Assembly: GCA_007126035.1 (NCBI GenBank)
Contig: SLCC01000022.1
Location: 19,777-83,776 of the forward strand
Source: Gemmatimonadota bacterium
Lineage (GTDB): Bacteria > Gemmatimonadota > Gemmatimonadetes > Longimicrobiales > RSA9
Direction of reading: 5' to 3'
DNA length: 64,000 bases
The notes under the pieces are model-generated. The model was not told where the DNA came from. It did not search any database and was given only the letters and a program-made list of their open reading frames with translations. The translations under genes and the position numbers were made by a program. This document shows, in pieces, positions 19,017 to 28,600 of this stretch (within the stretch, counting starts at the first letter, position 1; every line of letters begins with the position of its first letter).

Positions 19017-19615
19017 GCTGGGCCCTCCTGCCGTTGGCCTATCTCCTGGGCGCCTTCCCCAGCAGCTATGTCGCGGGACGACTCAAGGGCATCGACCTGC
19101 GCCAACACGGGAGCGGGAACCTGGGGGCGACCAACGCCTTCCGTATCCTGGGCTGGCGCGCGGCGGTGCCGGTGATGATCGGGGACGTGGCCAAGGGGTG
19201 GGTACCGGCGGCTCTCTTCCCGTTGTGGGCGGGCGCGGAAGCCCTGGAATGGCCTGTGGCGTATGGTGGAGCGGCCATCCTGGGGCACGTCTACTCGGTG
19301 TTCATGGGGTTCAAGGGCGGGAAGGGAGTGGCCACGAGTGCTGGCGTCTTTTTGGCCCTTGCGCCCTGGGCGGCCATGATCGGTGCCATAGTATGGGGTG
19401 TGAGCGTGCTGCTGACGCGGATCGTTTCCGTGGGCTCACTGCTCGCCGCGTTGGTCTTTCCCGTGGCGGTCTTCGCCACCAACGAGCCCAGGATGGTGTT
19501 CTGGGTGTCCGTGGCCGTGGCGGCGTTCGTCATATTCGTGCACCGGGCGAACGTAGGCCGGCTGCTGCGAGGTGAGGAGAATCGTTTCGGCCGCAATGCG
19601 GAGAGGGCTGGATGA
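19013..19615 (+). CDS. plsY: Glycerol-3-phosphate acyltransferase PlsY
   Basis: It carries the motifs GSGNLGATNAFR and FKGGKGVATS and has multiple TM helices. It has an ATGA overlap with der. The track start 18956 is an extension. Confidence 0.85.
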   Translation: MSWALLPLAYLLGAFPSSYVAGRLKGIDLRQHGSGNLGATNAFRILGWRAAVPVMIGDVAKGWVPAALFPLWAGAEALEWPVAYGGAAILGHVYSVFMGFKGGKGVATSAGVFLALAPWAAMIGAIVWGVSVLLTRIVSVGSLLAALVFPVAVFATNEPRMVFWVSVAVAAFVIFVHRANVGRLLRGEENRFGRNAERAG

Positions 19616-20622
19616 CGGAACGGATCGCCGTGGTGGGAGCTGGCAGTTGGGGTACGACCCTGGCCAACCTGCTGGCCAAGAAGGGTCATGACGTCAGGCT
19701 CTGGTCGTTCGAGACGGACGTCACCCTGGCCATCAACGAGCGGCGCGAGAACAGCGTGTATCTGGCTGGCGTCTCCCTGGATGACAGACTCGAGGCGAGC
19801 TCGGACCTGGCGGCCACTGTACTCGGGGCGAGCGTGGTGGTTTCTGTCAGTCCCTCCCAGCATGTGCGGCAGGTGATGGGTCAGGCCGCAGGGGCCCTGG
19901 ATGACGCCAGGCTCGTGGTCAGCGCATCCAAGGGGATCGAGACCCGCTCCCTCCAGACGATGGATGAAGTCCTCCAGGATGTGCTGCCGGCCAGACTGAG
20001 GGGCAAGCTGTGCTTCCTGTCAGGTCCGAGCTTCGCGGCGGAAGTGTCCAGGGAGCAGCCTACCGCCGTGACGGTGGCGTCCCGGTCCAGCGACACTGCC
20101 AGGCGCGCACAGGAGCTGTTCCAGACTGATTACTTCCGCGTGTACACGAGTCATGACGTTACGGGTGTCGAGCTTGGGGGCGCGCTGAAGAACGTAATGG
20201 CCCTGGCGGCAGGCATGGCTGCGGGGCTGGGTCTGGGCCACAACACCCGGGCCGCCCTCATCACCCGGGGCCTGGCTGAGATGAGCAGGCTGGGAATAGT
20301 CCTGGGCGCCAACCCGCTGACCTTCGCCGGGCTGGCTGGGATGGGCGACCTGATCCTGACGTGCACGGGCGAGCTGAGCCGGAACCGGACAGTAGGATTC
20401 GCCCTGGGGCAGGGCCGGTCGCTGGAGGACGTGCTGGGGGAGATGCGGATGGTGGCGGAGGGAGTGGAGACGAGCCGGGCCGCCCGCGCCCTGGCGGAGC
20501 GGGAGGGAATCGAGATGCCTATTGTGGCGGAGGTATACGCGGTGTTGTTCGAGGGGCGGAGCCCGTCCACGGCAGTGCGTAACCTTATGCTGCGGGAGCC
20601 CAAGCCGGAGCTTTGGCAATGA
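19612..20622 (+). CDS. gpsA: NAD(P)H-dependent glycerol-3-phosphate dehydrogenase GpsA
   Basis: It carries VVGAGSWGTTLANLLA, GPSFAAEV, LKNVMALAAG and GDLILTC..ELSRNR motifs. It has an ATGA overlap with plsY. Confidence 0.9.
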   Translation: MTERIAVVGAGSWGTTLANLLAKKGHDVRLWSFETDVTLAINERRENSVYLAGVSLDDRLEASSDLAATVLGASVVVSVSPSQHVRQVMGQAAGALDDARLVVSASKGIETRSLQTMDEVLQDVLPARLRGKLCFLSGPSFAAEVSREQPTAVTVASRSSDTARRAQELFQTDYFRVYTSHDVTGVELGGALKNVMALAAGMAAGLGLGHNTRAALITRGLAEMSRLGIVLGANPLTFAGLAGMGDLILTCTGELSRNRTVGFALGQGRSLEDVLGEMRMVAEGVETSRAARALAEREGIEMPIVAEVYAVLFEGRSPSTAVRNLMLREPKPELWQ

Positions 20623-20984
20623 CGGACCGACCCATCATCCGGAAGGAATACTACTCCATTGGTGAAGTCTGCGATCTGGTGGGGCTGAAGCCGCACGTGC
20701 TGCGTTACTGGGAGAGCCAGTTCCCGGCCTTGAAGCCCTCGAAGAACCGTGCGGGGAACCGGGTCTACCAGCGTCGCGAGATCCGCCTGATCATCCTGGT
20801 GCGGCGACTCCTCTACGACGAGAAGTACACGATCGAGGGGGCGCGCCAGAAGGTGGAGGAGCTGCGCAGAGGGGGCGATCTGGAGAATGCGACCCGGCAG
20901 GTCCTGGACGCCGCCACGGTGGACGAGATGAGAGGCGAGTTGCGCGAGATCGTGGAGCTGTTGCGAACGGATACTGTGGTCTGA
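20619..20984 (+). CDS. MerR-family transcriptional regulator
   Basis: It has a winged-HTH signature (YYSIGEVCDLVGLKPHVLRYWESQF ... RVYQRREIRLIILVRRLLYDEKYTIEGARQ). ATG 20619 overlaps the gpsA stop (ATGA). TTG 20613 is an alternative start. Confidence 0.75.
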   Translation: MTDRPIIRKEYYSIGEVCDLVGLKPHVLRYWESQFPALKPSKNRAGNRVYQRREIRLIILVRRLLYDEKYTIEGARQKVEELRRGGDLENATRQVLDAATVDEMRGELREIVELLRTDTVV

Positions 20985-21730
20985 TGCGGATCCTGGTCAC
21001 CAACGACGACGGCTATCTGGCGTTGGGCATCAACGTGCTCCGTGAGGCGGCCGCAGCCCACGGAGACGTCGAGGTGGTGGCGCCTGACCGCGAGCAGAGC
21101 GCCACAAGCCACTCCCTGACCATGCATCATCCACTGCGAGTCCGCCGGGTCCGGGACGTCCGCGTCGTCGACGGTACCCCGACTGACTGTGTGATCCTGG
21201 CGGTGGGCGAGCTCCTGGACCAGCGGCCTGACCTGGTGGTCTCCGGTATCAACCATGGCGCCAATCTCGGCGACGACGTCCTTTATTCGGGCACCGTGGC
21301 CGGTGCCATGGAGGCCACCTTGCTGGGGATCCCGGCGGCGGCGTTCTCGTACACGGGCCGGGATCCGGAAGCCATCAACGGGTGGCATATGGTGGTCTCG
21401 GAGTTGATCGGTCAGATAGTGGCCCGGGAGGGGTTCCCCAAGGATACGCTCCTGAACGTGAACATCCCACCCATAGACCCGGCGGAGGTGAAGGGCGTAA
21501 GGGTAACGCGCCTGGGTCGCCGGGTGTACGAAGGCTCCCTGATGCGTGCCCACGATCCCAGCGGACGGGAGTACTTCTGGATAGGAGGTGGCCAGACCAC
21601 CTGGTGGGGCGAGGTGGACTCCGACTTCAGGGCCATCGAGGATGGTTTCGTATCGGTGACCCCGTTGCACCTGGACCTGACCAACTTCGACCTGCTCCAC
21701 GATATCAGGGAATGGGGTCTCGGGCTGTGA
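20984..21730 (+). CDS. surE: 5'/3'-nucleotidase SurE
   Basis: The N-terminus MRILVTNDDG plus SGINHGANLGDDVLYSGTVAGAMEA are SurE signatures. It is 248 aa. Confidence 0.9.
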   Translation: MRILVTNDDGYLALGINVLREAAAAHGDVEVVAPDREQSATSHSLTMHHPLRVRRVRDVRVVDGTPTDCVILAVGELLDQRPDLVVSGINHGANLGDDVLYSGTVAGAMEATLLGIPAAAFSYTGRDPEAINGWHMVVSELIGQIVAREGFPKDTLLNVNIPPIDPAEVKGVRVTRLGRRVYEGSLMRAHDPSGREYFWIGGGQTTWWGEVDSDFRAIEDGFVSVTPLHLDLTNFDLLHDIREWGLGL

Positions 21731-22374
21731 CTGATCCGTACGCGCGCAAACGACAGCGCCTGGTCGGGAAGGTGCAGGCGCAGGGGATCAGGGACCCGCG
21801 GGTCCTGGCCGCCGTGAGCCGGGTGCCGCGACACCGGTTCGTGCCAGCGGCCGTAGTGCAGCGCGCATACGAGGACAACGCCCTCCCCATCGGGTACGGC
21901 CAGACCATCTCCCAGCCGTCTCTCCAGGCGTTGTACCTGGAGACCCTGGAGATCGAGCCCGAGGACCGCGTGCTCGAGGTGGGCGCAGGTAGCGGGTACC
22001 AGACCGCCTTGCTGGCAGAACTGTCGTCCAACGTCTACGCGGTGGAGCGCATCACGGAGCTGACCCAGCGTGCCCGTGAGGTCCTGGACGAGCTGGGCTA
22101 CACCAATGTTGCCCTCGTGACCAAGGACGGCACCACCGGCTGGGCCAAGTACGCTCCTTACGACTCCATACTGGTGGGCGCGGCGGCGCCTCGGGTGCCG
22201 GACGCGCTGGTCGAGCAATTGAAGGTGGGGGGACGACTGCTGATCCCCATCGGCGACCGTCATCACCAGCAACTGACGCTCGTCAGGAAGGTCACTGATG
22301 AGGGAACGGACGAACAGGTGATCACCGGGTGCGTCTTCGTGCCTCTCATCGGTCGCTTCGGATGGCCAGGATGA
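21727..22374 (+). CDS. pcm: Protein-L-isoaspartate O-methyltransferase Pcm
   Basis: It carries VPRHRFVP, QTISQPS and VLEVGAGSGYQTALLA motifs. GTG 21727 overlaps the surE stop. The track start 21382 is an extension inside surE. Confidence 0.85.
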   Translation: MTDPYARKRQRLVGKVQAQGIRDPRVLAAVSRVPRHRFVPAAVVQRAYEDNALPIGYGQTISQPSLQALYLETLEIEPEDRVLEVGAGSGYQTALLAELSSNVYAVERITELTQRAREVLDELGYTNVALVTKDGTTGWAKYAPYDSILVGAAAPRVPDALVEQLKVGGRLLIPIGDRHHQQLTLVRKVTDEGTDEQVITGCVFVPLIGRFGWPG

Positions 22375-23021
22375 AGGTGGAAAGCAAGTTGCCGGGTCCG
22401 ACTTCACCGGGCGTGACGACGAGGATCGGGCCCATGCGTCGCCTGTACGACTGGGTGCTGTCCTTTGCTGACCGTCCCGGCGGATCATGGGCGCTGTTCG
22501 GCTTCTCCTTCACCGAGTCCTCGTTCTTCCCCGTGCCGCCCGATCCGCTACTGATCGCCCTGTCTCTGGGCAACCCCAAGCGCGCATTCTGGTTCGCAAC
22601 GGTGTGCGCCCTGGGCTCGGTCCTGGGTGGACTGGCGGGATACGCCATCGGCTGGGGGATCTGGCAGCTGGTGGACCAGTTCTTCTACGCGTTCGTGCCA
22701 GGAGTAACGCCGGAAGCGTTCGTGAACGTCCAGCAGCTGTACGACCGCTACGACTTCTGGGCCATCTTCACCGCCGGCTTCACGCCCATCCCCTACAAGG
22801 TGTTCACCCTGTCTGCGGGGGTGTTCAGCATATCTCTGCCGATCTTCCTGTTCGCGTCTACGATCAGCCGTAGCGCCCGCTTCTTCATGGTGGCCGGGCT
22901 GATCTACGCCTTCGGCCCGTCGATCCAGAGCTTCATCGACAGGTACTTCAACCTACTGGCCTGGCTCTTCCTGATCCTTCTGGTGGGTGGCTTCGTGGTG
23001 ATCCGGTTCCTGGTCGGATGA
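22371..23021 (+). CDS. DedA/YqaA-family (VTT domain) membrane protein
   Basis: The stretch FTESSFFPVPPDPLLIAL ... GGLAGYAIG ... FTPIPYKVFTLSAG matches the YqaA/DedA pattern. It has an ATGA overlap with pcm. ATG 22434 is an alternative start. Confidence 0.7.
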   Translation: MKVESKLPGPTSPGVTTRIGPMRRLYDWVLSFADRPGGSWALFGFSFTESSFFPVPPDPLLIALSLGNPKRAFWFATVCALGSVLGGLAGYAIGWGIWQLVDQFFYAFVPGVTPEAFVNVQQLYDRYDFWAIFTAGFTPIPYKVFTLSAGVFSISLPIFLFASTISRSARFFMVAGLIYAFGPSIQSFIDRYFNLLAWLFLILLVGGFVVIRFLVG

Positions 23022-25120
23022 GGGGGATCATCTCGCTTCTGGTACCGGTCGTCGCGCTCCTGGGCCCGGCTCCGGGCCCGGGTCAGCAAGCGGATACGAC
23101 CGCGGACACGGTGCCGCCGTCACCACGCTTCCGCCTGGAGCCGATAGAGGCCACAGTGGCCCGTGGCAGCCTGCCGGCGGAGCGGGTGCCCATGGCGATA
23201 ACCGTTGTCAACACGGCGGACCTGCCGCCGGGACGACCTGAGGTGGACCTGGAGGAACTGCTTCGCCAGGTGCCCGGCGTGGTGGTGGGCAACCGGCACA
23301 GCCTGGCCAACGACACGCGCGTCGTCGTCCGTGGGTTCGGGGCCAGGTCCGCGTTCGGTGTGCGTGGCGTGCGGATCCTCCTGGATGGCATCCCCCTCAC
23401 CCTGCCGGACGGGCAGGGGACGCTGACGAACGTGGACCCGGGCTCGATAGGTCGGGTGGAGGTGCTCCGCGGCCCGGGCGCCGCGCTGTACGGCAATGCC
23501 GCGGGCGGTGTTATCGCCCTGACAACCGTGGAGCCGTCGGAACGCGAGCTGAGCGCCAGAGTGGCGGTGGGCAGCTACGACGCGGCCGACCCCCTCGGCC
23601 TGGTGCGGCTCCAGGCCAACGCAGGGGGGATCCGTGACCGCGACTCCTGGTTCTTGGCTCTCTCCCACATGAGCACCGAGGGCTTCCGTCACTACTCACG
23701 AGCGCGACGCAGCGGCCTCAACGCCCGCTATCGCAGGTCCCTGGGGCAGGGCACTACGGTCACCGGCCTGCTCCACGTCGCCGCCGTGCCCCTGGCTGAG
23801 AACCCGGGATCACTGCCTTTGGACTCGGCGCGACAGCGGCCTCGTATGGCCTGGCCCCAGAACGTAGCCACGGGCAGCTCGAAGGAGGTGGCGCAGGCCC
23901 AGGGCGGGGTATCGGTGACCCATCGTGTGGGGCGATCGTTGTTGGAGGCAGCGGCATACGGGGTGGGTCGCGACATGGACAACCCGTTACCGTTCGGCCG
24001 CTATATCCAGCTGCAACGGCGAGGCGGTGGCGTGAGGGTGATGGGCCGTACCGCGGACCCGGGAGCCACGAGCTGGACCGCTGGGATCGAGGCACAGGCA
24101 CAGCGCGACGACAGGCTGGAGCGCGACAACGTGGCCGGTGTGATCAGCGGACCGGTGTACCAGGACCGGGTGGACCGGGTGACGAGCCTGGCGCCCTTCG
24201 CCTTCGGACAGGTGATGCCACTGCCCTGGCTGGCTCTCAGGGCGGGGGCACGCTACGACGCCGTCGCCTTCCACTCCCGGGACAGGCTCGGCGCGACGGC
24301 GAGCGACCGTGCCGGGCGTCGCACCCTGGACGCATGGAGTGGGAGCAGCGGCATCATGGTGGAGCCGCGCGGCGGCTGGCGGGCCTGGACCTCCCTGTCG
24401 ACCTGGTTCCAGACACCAACCACCACCGAGTTGATAAACGCGCCCCCGCCCCCAGGCGAACCCTGCTGCCAGACAGGCTTCAACCCTGAGCTGGAACCCC
24501 AGGATGGCTGGGGATGGGAAGCAGGCGTCGCAGGCCGTCGAGGCCACGTCCACTGGGAAGTGGTGGGTTATGACCTCAAGGTGCGTAACGAGATACTACC
24601 ATTCCAGATAGCAGGCATCGAGGGCCGTGACTTCTACCGCAACGCAGGGGGAGCCACGCACCGGGGCGTCGAGCTTTCCGGCGAGCTCGGTGGCCAGGTC
24701 CGGCCGGGCACCGCCTGGTCGCTGAGCATGGCCTACACCTACAGCGACTTCCGCTTTTCCCAGCCGGAGGACCCGTCACTACGAAGCAACCGCCTGCCCG
24801 GCGTCCCTCCACACCGACTGACAAGCCGGGCAACGTGGCGGCAAGCCGGGACAAGGGTAGAGCTGGAAATCGAGTGGGTGGACAGGACCCCGGCGGACGA
24901 TCAGAATTCGGCCCATGCTCCCGCGTACACCCTCGCCGACATGCGGGCTGCCCGGCAGGTAGCAAGTCGCTGGGCCATGGTCGAGCCTTTCGTCGGCGTC
25001 ACCAATATCCTGGACACCCGATACAGCGCCTCCCTCGTGATCAACGCCTTCGGCGGCCGGTTCTACGAGCCTGGTCCGGGACGGGCTCTGCTCCTGGGAC
25101 TGCGCGCAATGCCGAGGTAG
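23018..25120 (+). CDS. TonB-dependent outer-membrane receptor
   Basis: It has a signal peptide, plug-domain motifs (LLRQVPGVVV..., VRGFG..., ILLDGIPLT.PDG, VEVLRGPGAALYG) and a long beta-barrel with alternating patterns. It is 700 aa. The substrate is unknown. Confidence 0.8.
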   Translation: MRGIISLLVPVVALLGPAPGPGQQADTTADTVPPSPRFRLEPIEATVARGSLPAERVPMAITVVNTADLPPGRPEVDLEELLRQVPGVVVGNRHSLANDTRVVVRGFGARSAFGVRGVRILLDGIPLTLPDGQGTLTNVDPGSIGRVEVLRGPGAALYGNAAGGVIALTTVEPSERELSARVAVGSYDAADPLGLVRLQANAGGIRDRDSWFLALSHMSTEGFRHYSRARRSGLNARYRRSLGQGTTVTGLLHVAAVPLAENPGSLPLDSARQRPRMAWPQNVATGSSKEVAQAQGGVSVTHRVGRSLLEAAAYGVGRDMDNPLPFGRYIQLQRRGGGVRVMGRTADPGATSWTAGIEAQAQRDDRLERDNVAGVISGPVYQDRVDRVTSLAPFAFGQVMPLPWLALRAGARYDAVAFHSRDRLGATASDRAGRRTLDAWSGSSGIMVEPRGGWRAWTSLSTWFQTPTTTELINAPPPPGEPCCQTGFNPELEPQDGWGWEAGVAGRRGHVHWEVVGYDLKVRNEILPFQIAGIEGRDFYRNAGGATHRGVELSGELGGQVRPGTAWSLSMAYTYSDFRFSQPEDPSLRSNRLPGVPPHRLTSRATWRQAGTRVELEIEWVDRTPADDQNSAHAPAYTLADMRAARQVASRWAMVEPFVGVTNILDTRYSASLVINAFGGRFYEPGPGRALLLGLRAMPR

Positions 25121-25197
25121 CGAAGACGGTTCGCGTGTCCTATCTTGGCCCCTATCCCCCCGGTTGCTTTCGGTCAACCCCAACCCAGGAGTCGGCG

Positions 25198-25800
25198 ATG
25201 ACGCAGGAAGGGCAGGGCATACGCCCCGACGAAACGCCAACGCCCCCTGTCTCCACCCGATGGACGGAACAACTGGAACCGGACACACAGCCGGACGAGG
25301 TCCTCTCCCCACCGTACGTACCAGGTCGCAGCCGTGCGGCACCCGACGAGGCGCCGGTCCAGGATACCGACGACGCGGTCCTCGATGTCCACGATGTGAG
25401 CGAGGAGCCCGCCGAGGCCACTGACGATGTCGTGGACACCGACGCCGCCGGGATGAGCGGGGAGGAGCCACTCTCCTTACCGATTCCTCCGGACCAGGAA
25501 GGCCAGGGGGAGGATGACGGCTGGCTGACCGAGCTGGCCGAGGATGAGCCGGAGCCGACTGAGCCAGAAACCAACGAGGAGTTCGCGGTCGAGCTGCTCG
25601 GCTTCGAAGGAGCCGACATCGATCATGACGCGCAGGACCGCGACCTGATCGAAGACGTCGCTACCCGGCTCGAGACGCTGGCTGACCGGGTCAGGCAGGA
25701 CGGCTACGGTGCGCTGGAGGCTGAAATGGCCTCACTGGACCGGCTGTCCGCACTGCTGGCTGGCGTCCTGGCCGGATACATGACTGGGATCCGGCAATAG
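25198..25800 (+). CDS. Highly acidic, probably disordered hypothetical protein
   Basis: The 200 aa from ATG 25198 are dominated by D/E/P/T. Only the last ~70 aa look helical (LIEDVATRLETLADRVRQDGYGALEAEMASLDRLSALLAGVLAGYMTG). GC3-rich codon use supports coding. No family was recognised. Confidence 0.5.
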   Translation: MTQEGQGIRPDETPTPPVSTRWTEQLEPDTQPDEVLSPPYVPGRSRAAPDEAPVQDTDDAVLDVHDVSEEPAEATDDVVDTDAAGMSGEEPLSLPIPPDQEGQGEDDGWLTELAEDEPEPTEPETNEEFAVELLGFEGADIDHDAQDRDLIEDVATRLETLADRVRQDGYGALEAEMASLDRLSALLAGVLAGYMTGIRQ

Positions 25801-25871
25801 CCGGGCAGGTGGAGCAGGTGGAGCGGCACAGGTGGTACGCCGCTCTCCATTACACTAAATTACAGGGTTCC

Positions 25872-25945
<74 letters not shown>

Positions 25946-25972
25946 TTATGCCTGCGGACACAGGTGTCATCG

Positions 25973-26004
25973 GCGGCCGGTCGCCTTTCCAGGCGACCGG
26001 CCGC
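25973..26004 (+). terminator. Strong GC hairpin downstream of tRNA-Arg
   Basis: GCGGCCGGTCGCC (25973..25985) and GGCGACCGGCCGC (25992..26004) form a perfect 13-bp stem with a 6-nt loop. There is no clear U-tract (TCGAGTTCTC follows). Confidence 0.5.
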
Positions 26005-26147
26005 TCGAGTTCTCGGCGCCTACCGGGGTGCTGGCCGCGAAATTGCCTCCCCGGTCGGTCGCCCCTTACCATGGCGATTGGACGTGTTTTCGTGGCAGTA
26101 GTCGTGACTGAAAATTGCGCGGGTATGCGCGGATCCGGAGTGAGACC

Positions 26148-27200
26148 ATGAACGAGAGACTGAAGGACCTGCTGGGCAGCGAGGCGAGTAACCTGCTGGA
26201 CCACAGCTGTCAGACCATCGACAAGAGCCAGCTTCACCTTCCTGGTCCGGACTTCGTGGATCGGGTGTGGGCGCTGTCGGACCGGCCGACGCCGGTGCTG
26301 CGGAGCCTGCAACAGATCTTCGGCCATGGTCGACTGCGTGGCACGGGGTATTTGTCGATCCTGCCGGTGGACCAGGGGATTGAGCATTCTGGTGGGGCCA
26401 GCTTCGCCCCCAACCCAGCGTACTTCGATCCTGCGAAGATCGTGGAGCTGGCGCTGGAGGGTGGCTGCAACGCCGTCGCCTCCACGCTCGGAATATTGGG
26501 CGCGGTGGCCCGGCAGTACGCCCACAAGATTCCGTTCCTGGTGAAGCTGAACCACAACGAGCTGCTGACGTACCCCAACAAGTACGACCAGGTCTACTTC
26601 GGCCAGGTTGAACAAGCGTTCGAGATGGGTGCCGTGGCGGTTGGCGCCACCATCTACTTCGGCTCGGAGGAATCGACGCGTCAGATCCAGGAGACGTCGG
26701 AGGCGTTCCAGCGGGCGCACGAGCTGGGTATGGCTACCGTGCTGTGGTGTTACCTGCGGAACCCGGCGTTCAAGCAGGACGTGGATTACCACGAGAGCGC
26801 AGATCTCACCGGGCAGGCCAACCACTTGGGTGTCACCATCGAGGCGGACATCATCAAGCAGAAGCTCCCGACCAACAACGGCGGGTACAATGCACTGGAG
26901 AAGTTCGGCAAGACCCACAAGAAGGTCTACAACGACCTGACCACGGACCACCCCATCGACCTGGTCCGGTATCAGGTGGCCAACTGCTACATGGGCCGGG
27001 CGGGCCTGATCAACTCGGGTGGCGCTTCGGGAGAGAACGACCTCCAGCAGGCGGTTCGGACGGCGGTGATCAACAAGCGCGCTGGCGGCATGGGTCTGAT
27101 CTCCGGGCGCAAGGCTTTTCAACGTCCCATGTCCGAGGGAGTCGAGCTTCTCAACGCCATCCAGGATGTCTACATGGACGATGGTATCACCGTAGCCTAG
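26148..27200 (+). CDS. fbaB: Class I fructose-bisphosphate aldolase (FbaB/DhnA type)
   Basis: The N-terminal and core motifs resemble E. coli FbaB-type class I aldolases ([42 protein letters not shown]). The start is taken at ATG 26148 ([10 protein letters not shown]). Confidence 0.8.
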   Translation: MNERLKDLLGSEASNLLDHSCQTIDKSQLHLPGPDFVDRVWALSDRPTPVLRSLQQIFGHGRLRGTGYLSILPVDQGIEHSGGASFAPNPAYFDPAKIVELALEGGCNAVASTLGILGAVARQYAHKIPFLVKLNHNELLTYPNKYDQVYFGQVEQAFEMGAVAVGATIYFGSEESTRQIQETSEAFQRAHELGMATVLWCYLRNPAFKQDVDYHESADLTGQANHLGVTIEADIIKQKLPTNNGGYNALEKFGKTHKKVYNDLTTDHPIDLVRYQVANCYMGRAGLINSGGASGENDLQQAVRTAVINKRAGGMGLISGRKAFQRPMSEGVELLNAIQDVYMDDGITVA

Positions 27201-27283
27201 CCCTGGTGCAGGCCAGTCATGCCGGGGCTCCCGCAACGGCACACTGGACCAAGGCTCGACGACCTCCAGTACCGTCATCAACC

Positions 27284-27316
27284 CGCGGCCGCTCCGTCCC
27301 CTGGACGGGGCGGCCG
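27284..27316 (+). terminator. GC-rich hairpin downstream of fbaB
   Basis: The structure reads GCGGCCGC-T-CCGTC, loop CCCTG, GACGG-G-GCGGCCGC. This gives a 13-bp interrupted stem followed by TTCTACTC. Confidence 0.5.
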
Positions 27317-27463
27317 CTTCTACTCCCACCATCAGCCGCTCGTTGTTGCTGGTTTGAGCGTCACCTGGGGAACCTGGCGTTCCGGGAGGTGTTGGACAGA
27401 ACCAGTCAACTGTGTGGTGGGCAACAGGATACATTGTGTTGTCTTGCTGGTTCTGGAGGGGGT

Positions 27464-28525
27464 ATGGCTGAGCTACGTGTGCGGATAGCCAGGGTGTTGG
27501 TCGGTGCGCGCTCGATTTGGCGTGATGGCCAGCGGGCGAAGCGAGCCGCCATCGGTGCCGGGGCGGCCGGGTTGGCAGCGGTGGCCGTGTTGGTGGGTTC
27601 GTTTCCTGAGCTCCGTGGGTGGGAGAGACCGTTGGTCGACGCTGTCCCGGAGGCGGTGGTCGAGACGGTGGCGCAGCGTGCGGCCCCGCCTGTTCGTGCC
27701 ACGGGCCTGGGTCCGGAGTGGGACCTGCCGAACATGGACCATCCGCGAGTGGAGCACTGGATCGGCGAGTTCGTGAACAATCCGCGGATGAACGAGCGCT
27801 ACCAGGGGTTCCTGGACCGTGGTGGCGCCTGGGTCCCCCTGATGATGGACAGGCTGGAGGAGCGGGGCATGCCGCTGGACCTGATCTATCTGAGCATGGT
27901 GGAGTCCGGCTTCCGTCCCGAGGCCGTGTCGCGGGCCGGAGCGGTGGGCCTCTGGCAATTCCTGCGCGCCACGGGCCAGGAGTACGGTCTGGTAGTCGAC
28001 CGTGCGGTGGATGAGCGGCGGGATCCTGTGAAAGCCACCGAGGCGGGGCTGGACTATCTGGAGCGTCTACACAACCGGTTCGGTTCCTGGTACCTGGCCA
28101 TGGCGGCCTACAATGGTGGGCAGAACCGGGTCGCCAGGATCATGAGGCAGACGCTTGGTCGTGAGCGGGCCCGGGGGGAGCAGGACTACTACCGGATCCT
28201 GAGCAGGCTTCCACGAGAGACGCAGGACTATGTGCCGCTGATCATCGCGGCTGGTCGGATCGCGAAGGACCCGGAGGCGTACGGGTTCCGTCCCATGAGC
28301 CAGTCGCCGATCGCCTGGGAAGAGGTCACGTTCGCCCCGGCGACACCGCTGACGGAGATCGCCGACCTGTATGGCGCGACTGTGGAAGAGATCCGGGAGC
28401 TGAACCCGCATCTGTTGATCTACAGGACGCCCAACAACCGGGACTACGCTGTCCGGCTGCCGTTGGGCTCACTGGCACGGCATGCCGCTGCGGCGGGTGC
28501 GCCGACCGTGAGGCGGGGCGGCTGA
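27464..28525 (+). CDS. Membrane-bound lytic transglycosylase (SLT domain) with C-terminal LysM-like domain
   Basis: It has an N-terminal TM anchor and the SLT catalytic motif LIYLSMVESGFRPEAVSRAGAVGLWQF, followed by AYNGG. The C-terminal segment TEIADLYGATVEEIRELNPHL is LysM-like. The track ORF 26744..28525 includes a long spurious extension over fbaB. Confidence 0.75.
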   Translation: MAELRVRIARVLVGARSIWRDGQRAKRAAIGAGAAGLAAVAVLVGSFPELRGWERPLVDAVPEAVVETVAQRAAPPVRATGLGPEWDLPNMDHPRVEHWIGEFVNNPRMNERYQGFLDRGGAWVPLMMDRLEERGMPLDLIYLSMVESGFRPEAVSRAGAVGLWQFLRATGQEYGLVVDRAVDERRDPVKATEAGLDYLERLHNRFGSWYLAMAAYNGGQNRVARIMRQTLGRERARGEQDYYRILSRLPRETQDYVPLIIAAGRIAKDPEAYGFRPMSQSPIAWEEVTFAPATPLTEIADLYGATVEEIRELNPHLLIYRTPNNRDYAVRLPLGSLARHAAAAGAPTVRRGG

Positions 28526-28556
28526 TATTAGAAGATATGGAAGGGGGATCGGAGAG

Positions 28557-28596
28557 GGCAGCTGGGGAAGGCTATCCCACCAGTTCCCCTGCTGCC
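28557..28596. terminator. Imperfect hairpin between convergent genes
   Basis: GGCAGC-T-GGGGAA, a 14-nt loop, then TTCCCC-T-GCTGCC, with a T:T mismatch. It is located between the stops at 28525 (+) and 28601 (-). Confidence 0.35.
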
Positions 28597-28600
28597 GCGC

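Noticed and set aside
26744-27463. N-terminal 240 aa of track ORF 26744..28525
   Set aside because: This is an out-of-frame read-through across the fbaB 3' half and the terminator hairpin. The lytic transglycosylase begins plausibly at ATG 27464 with a TM anchor.
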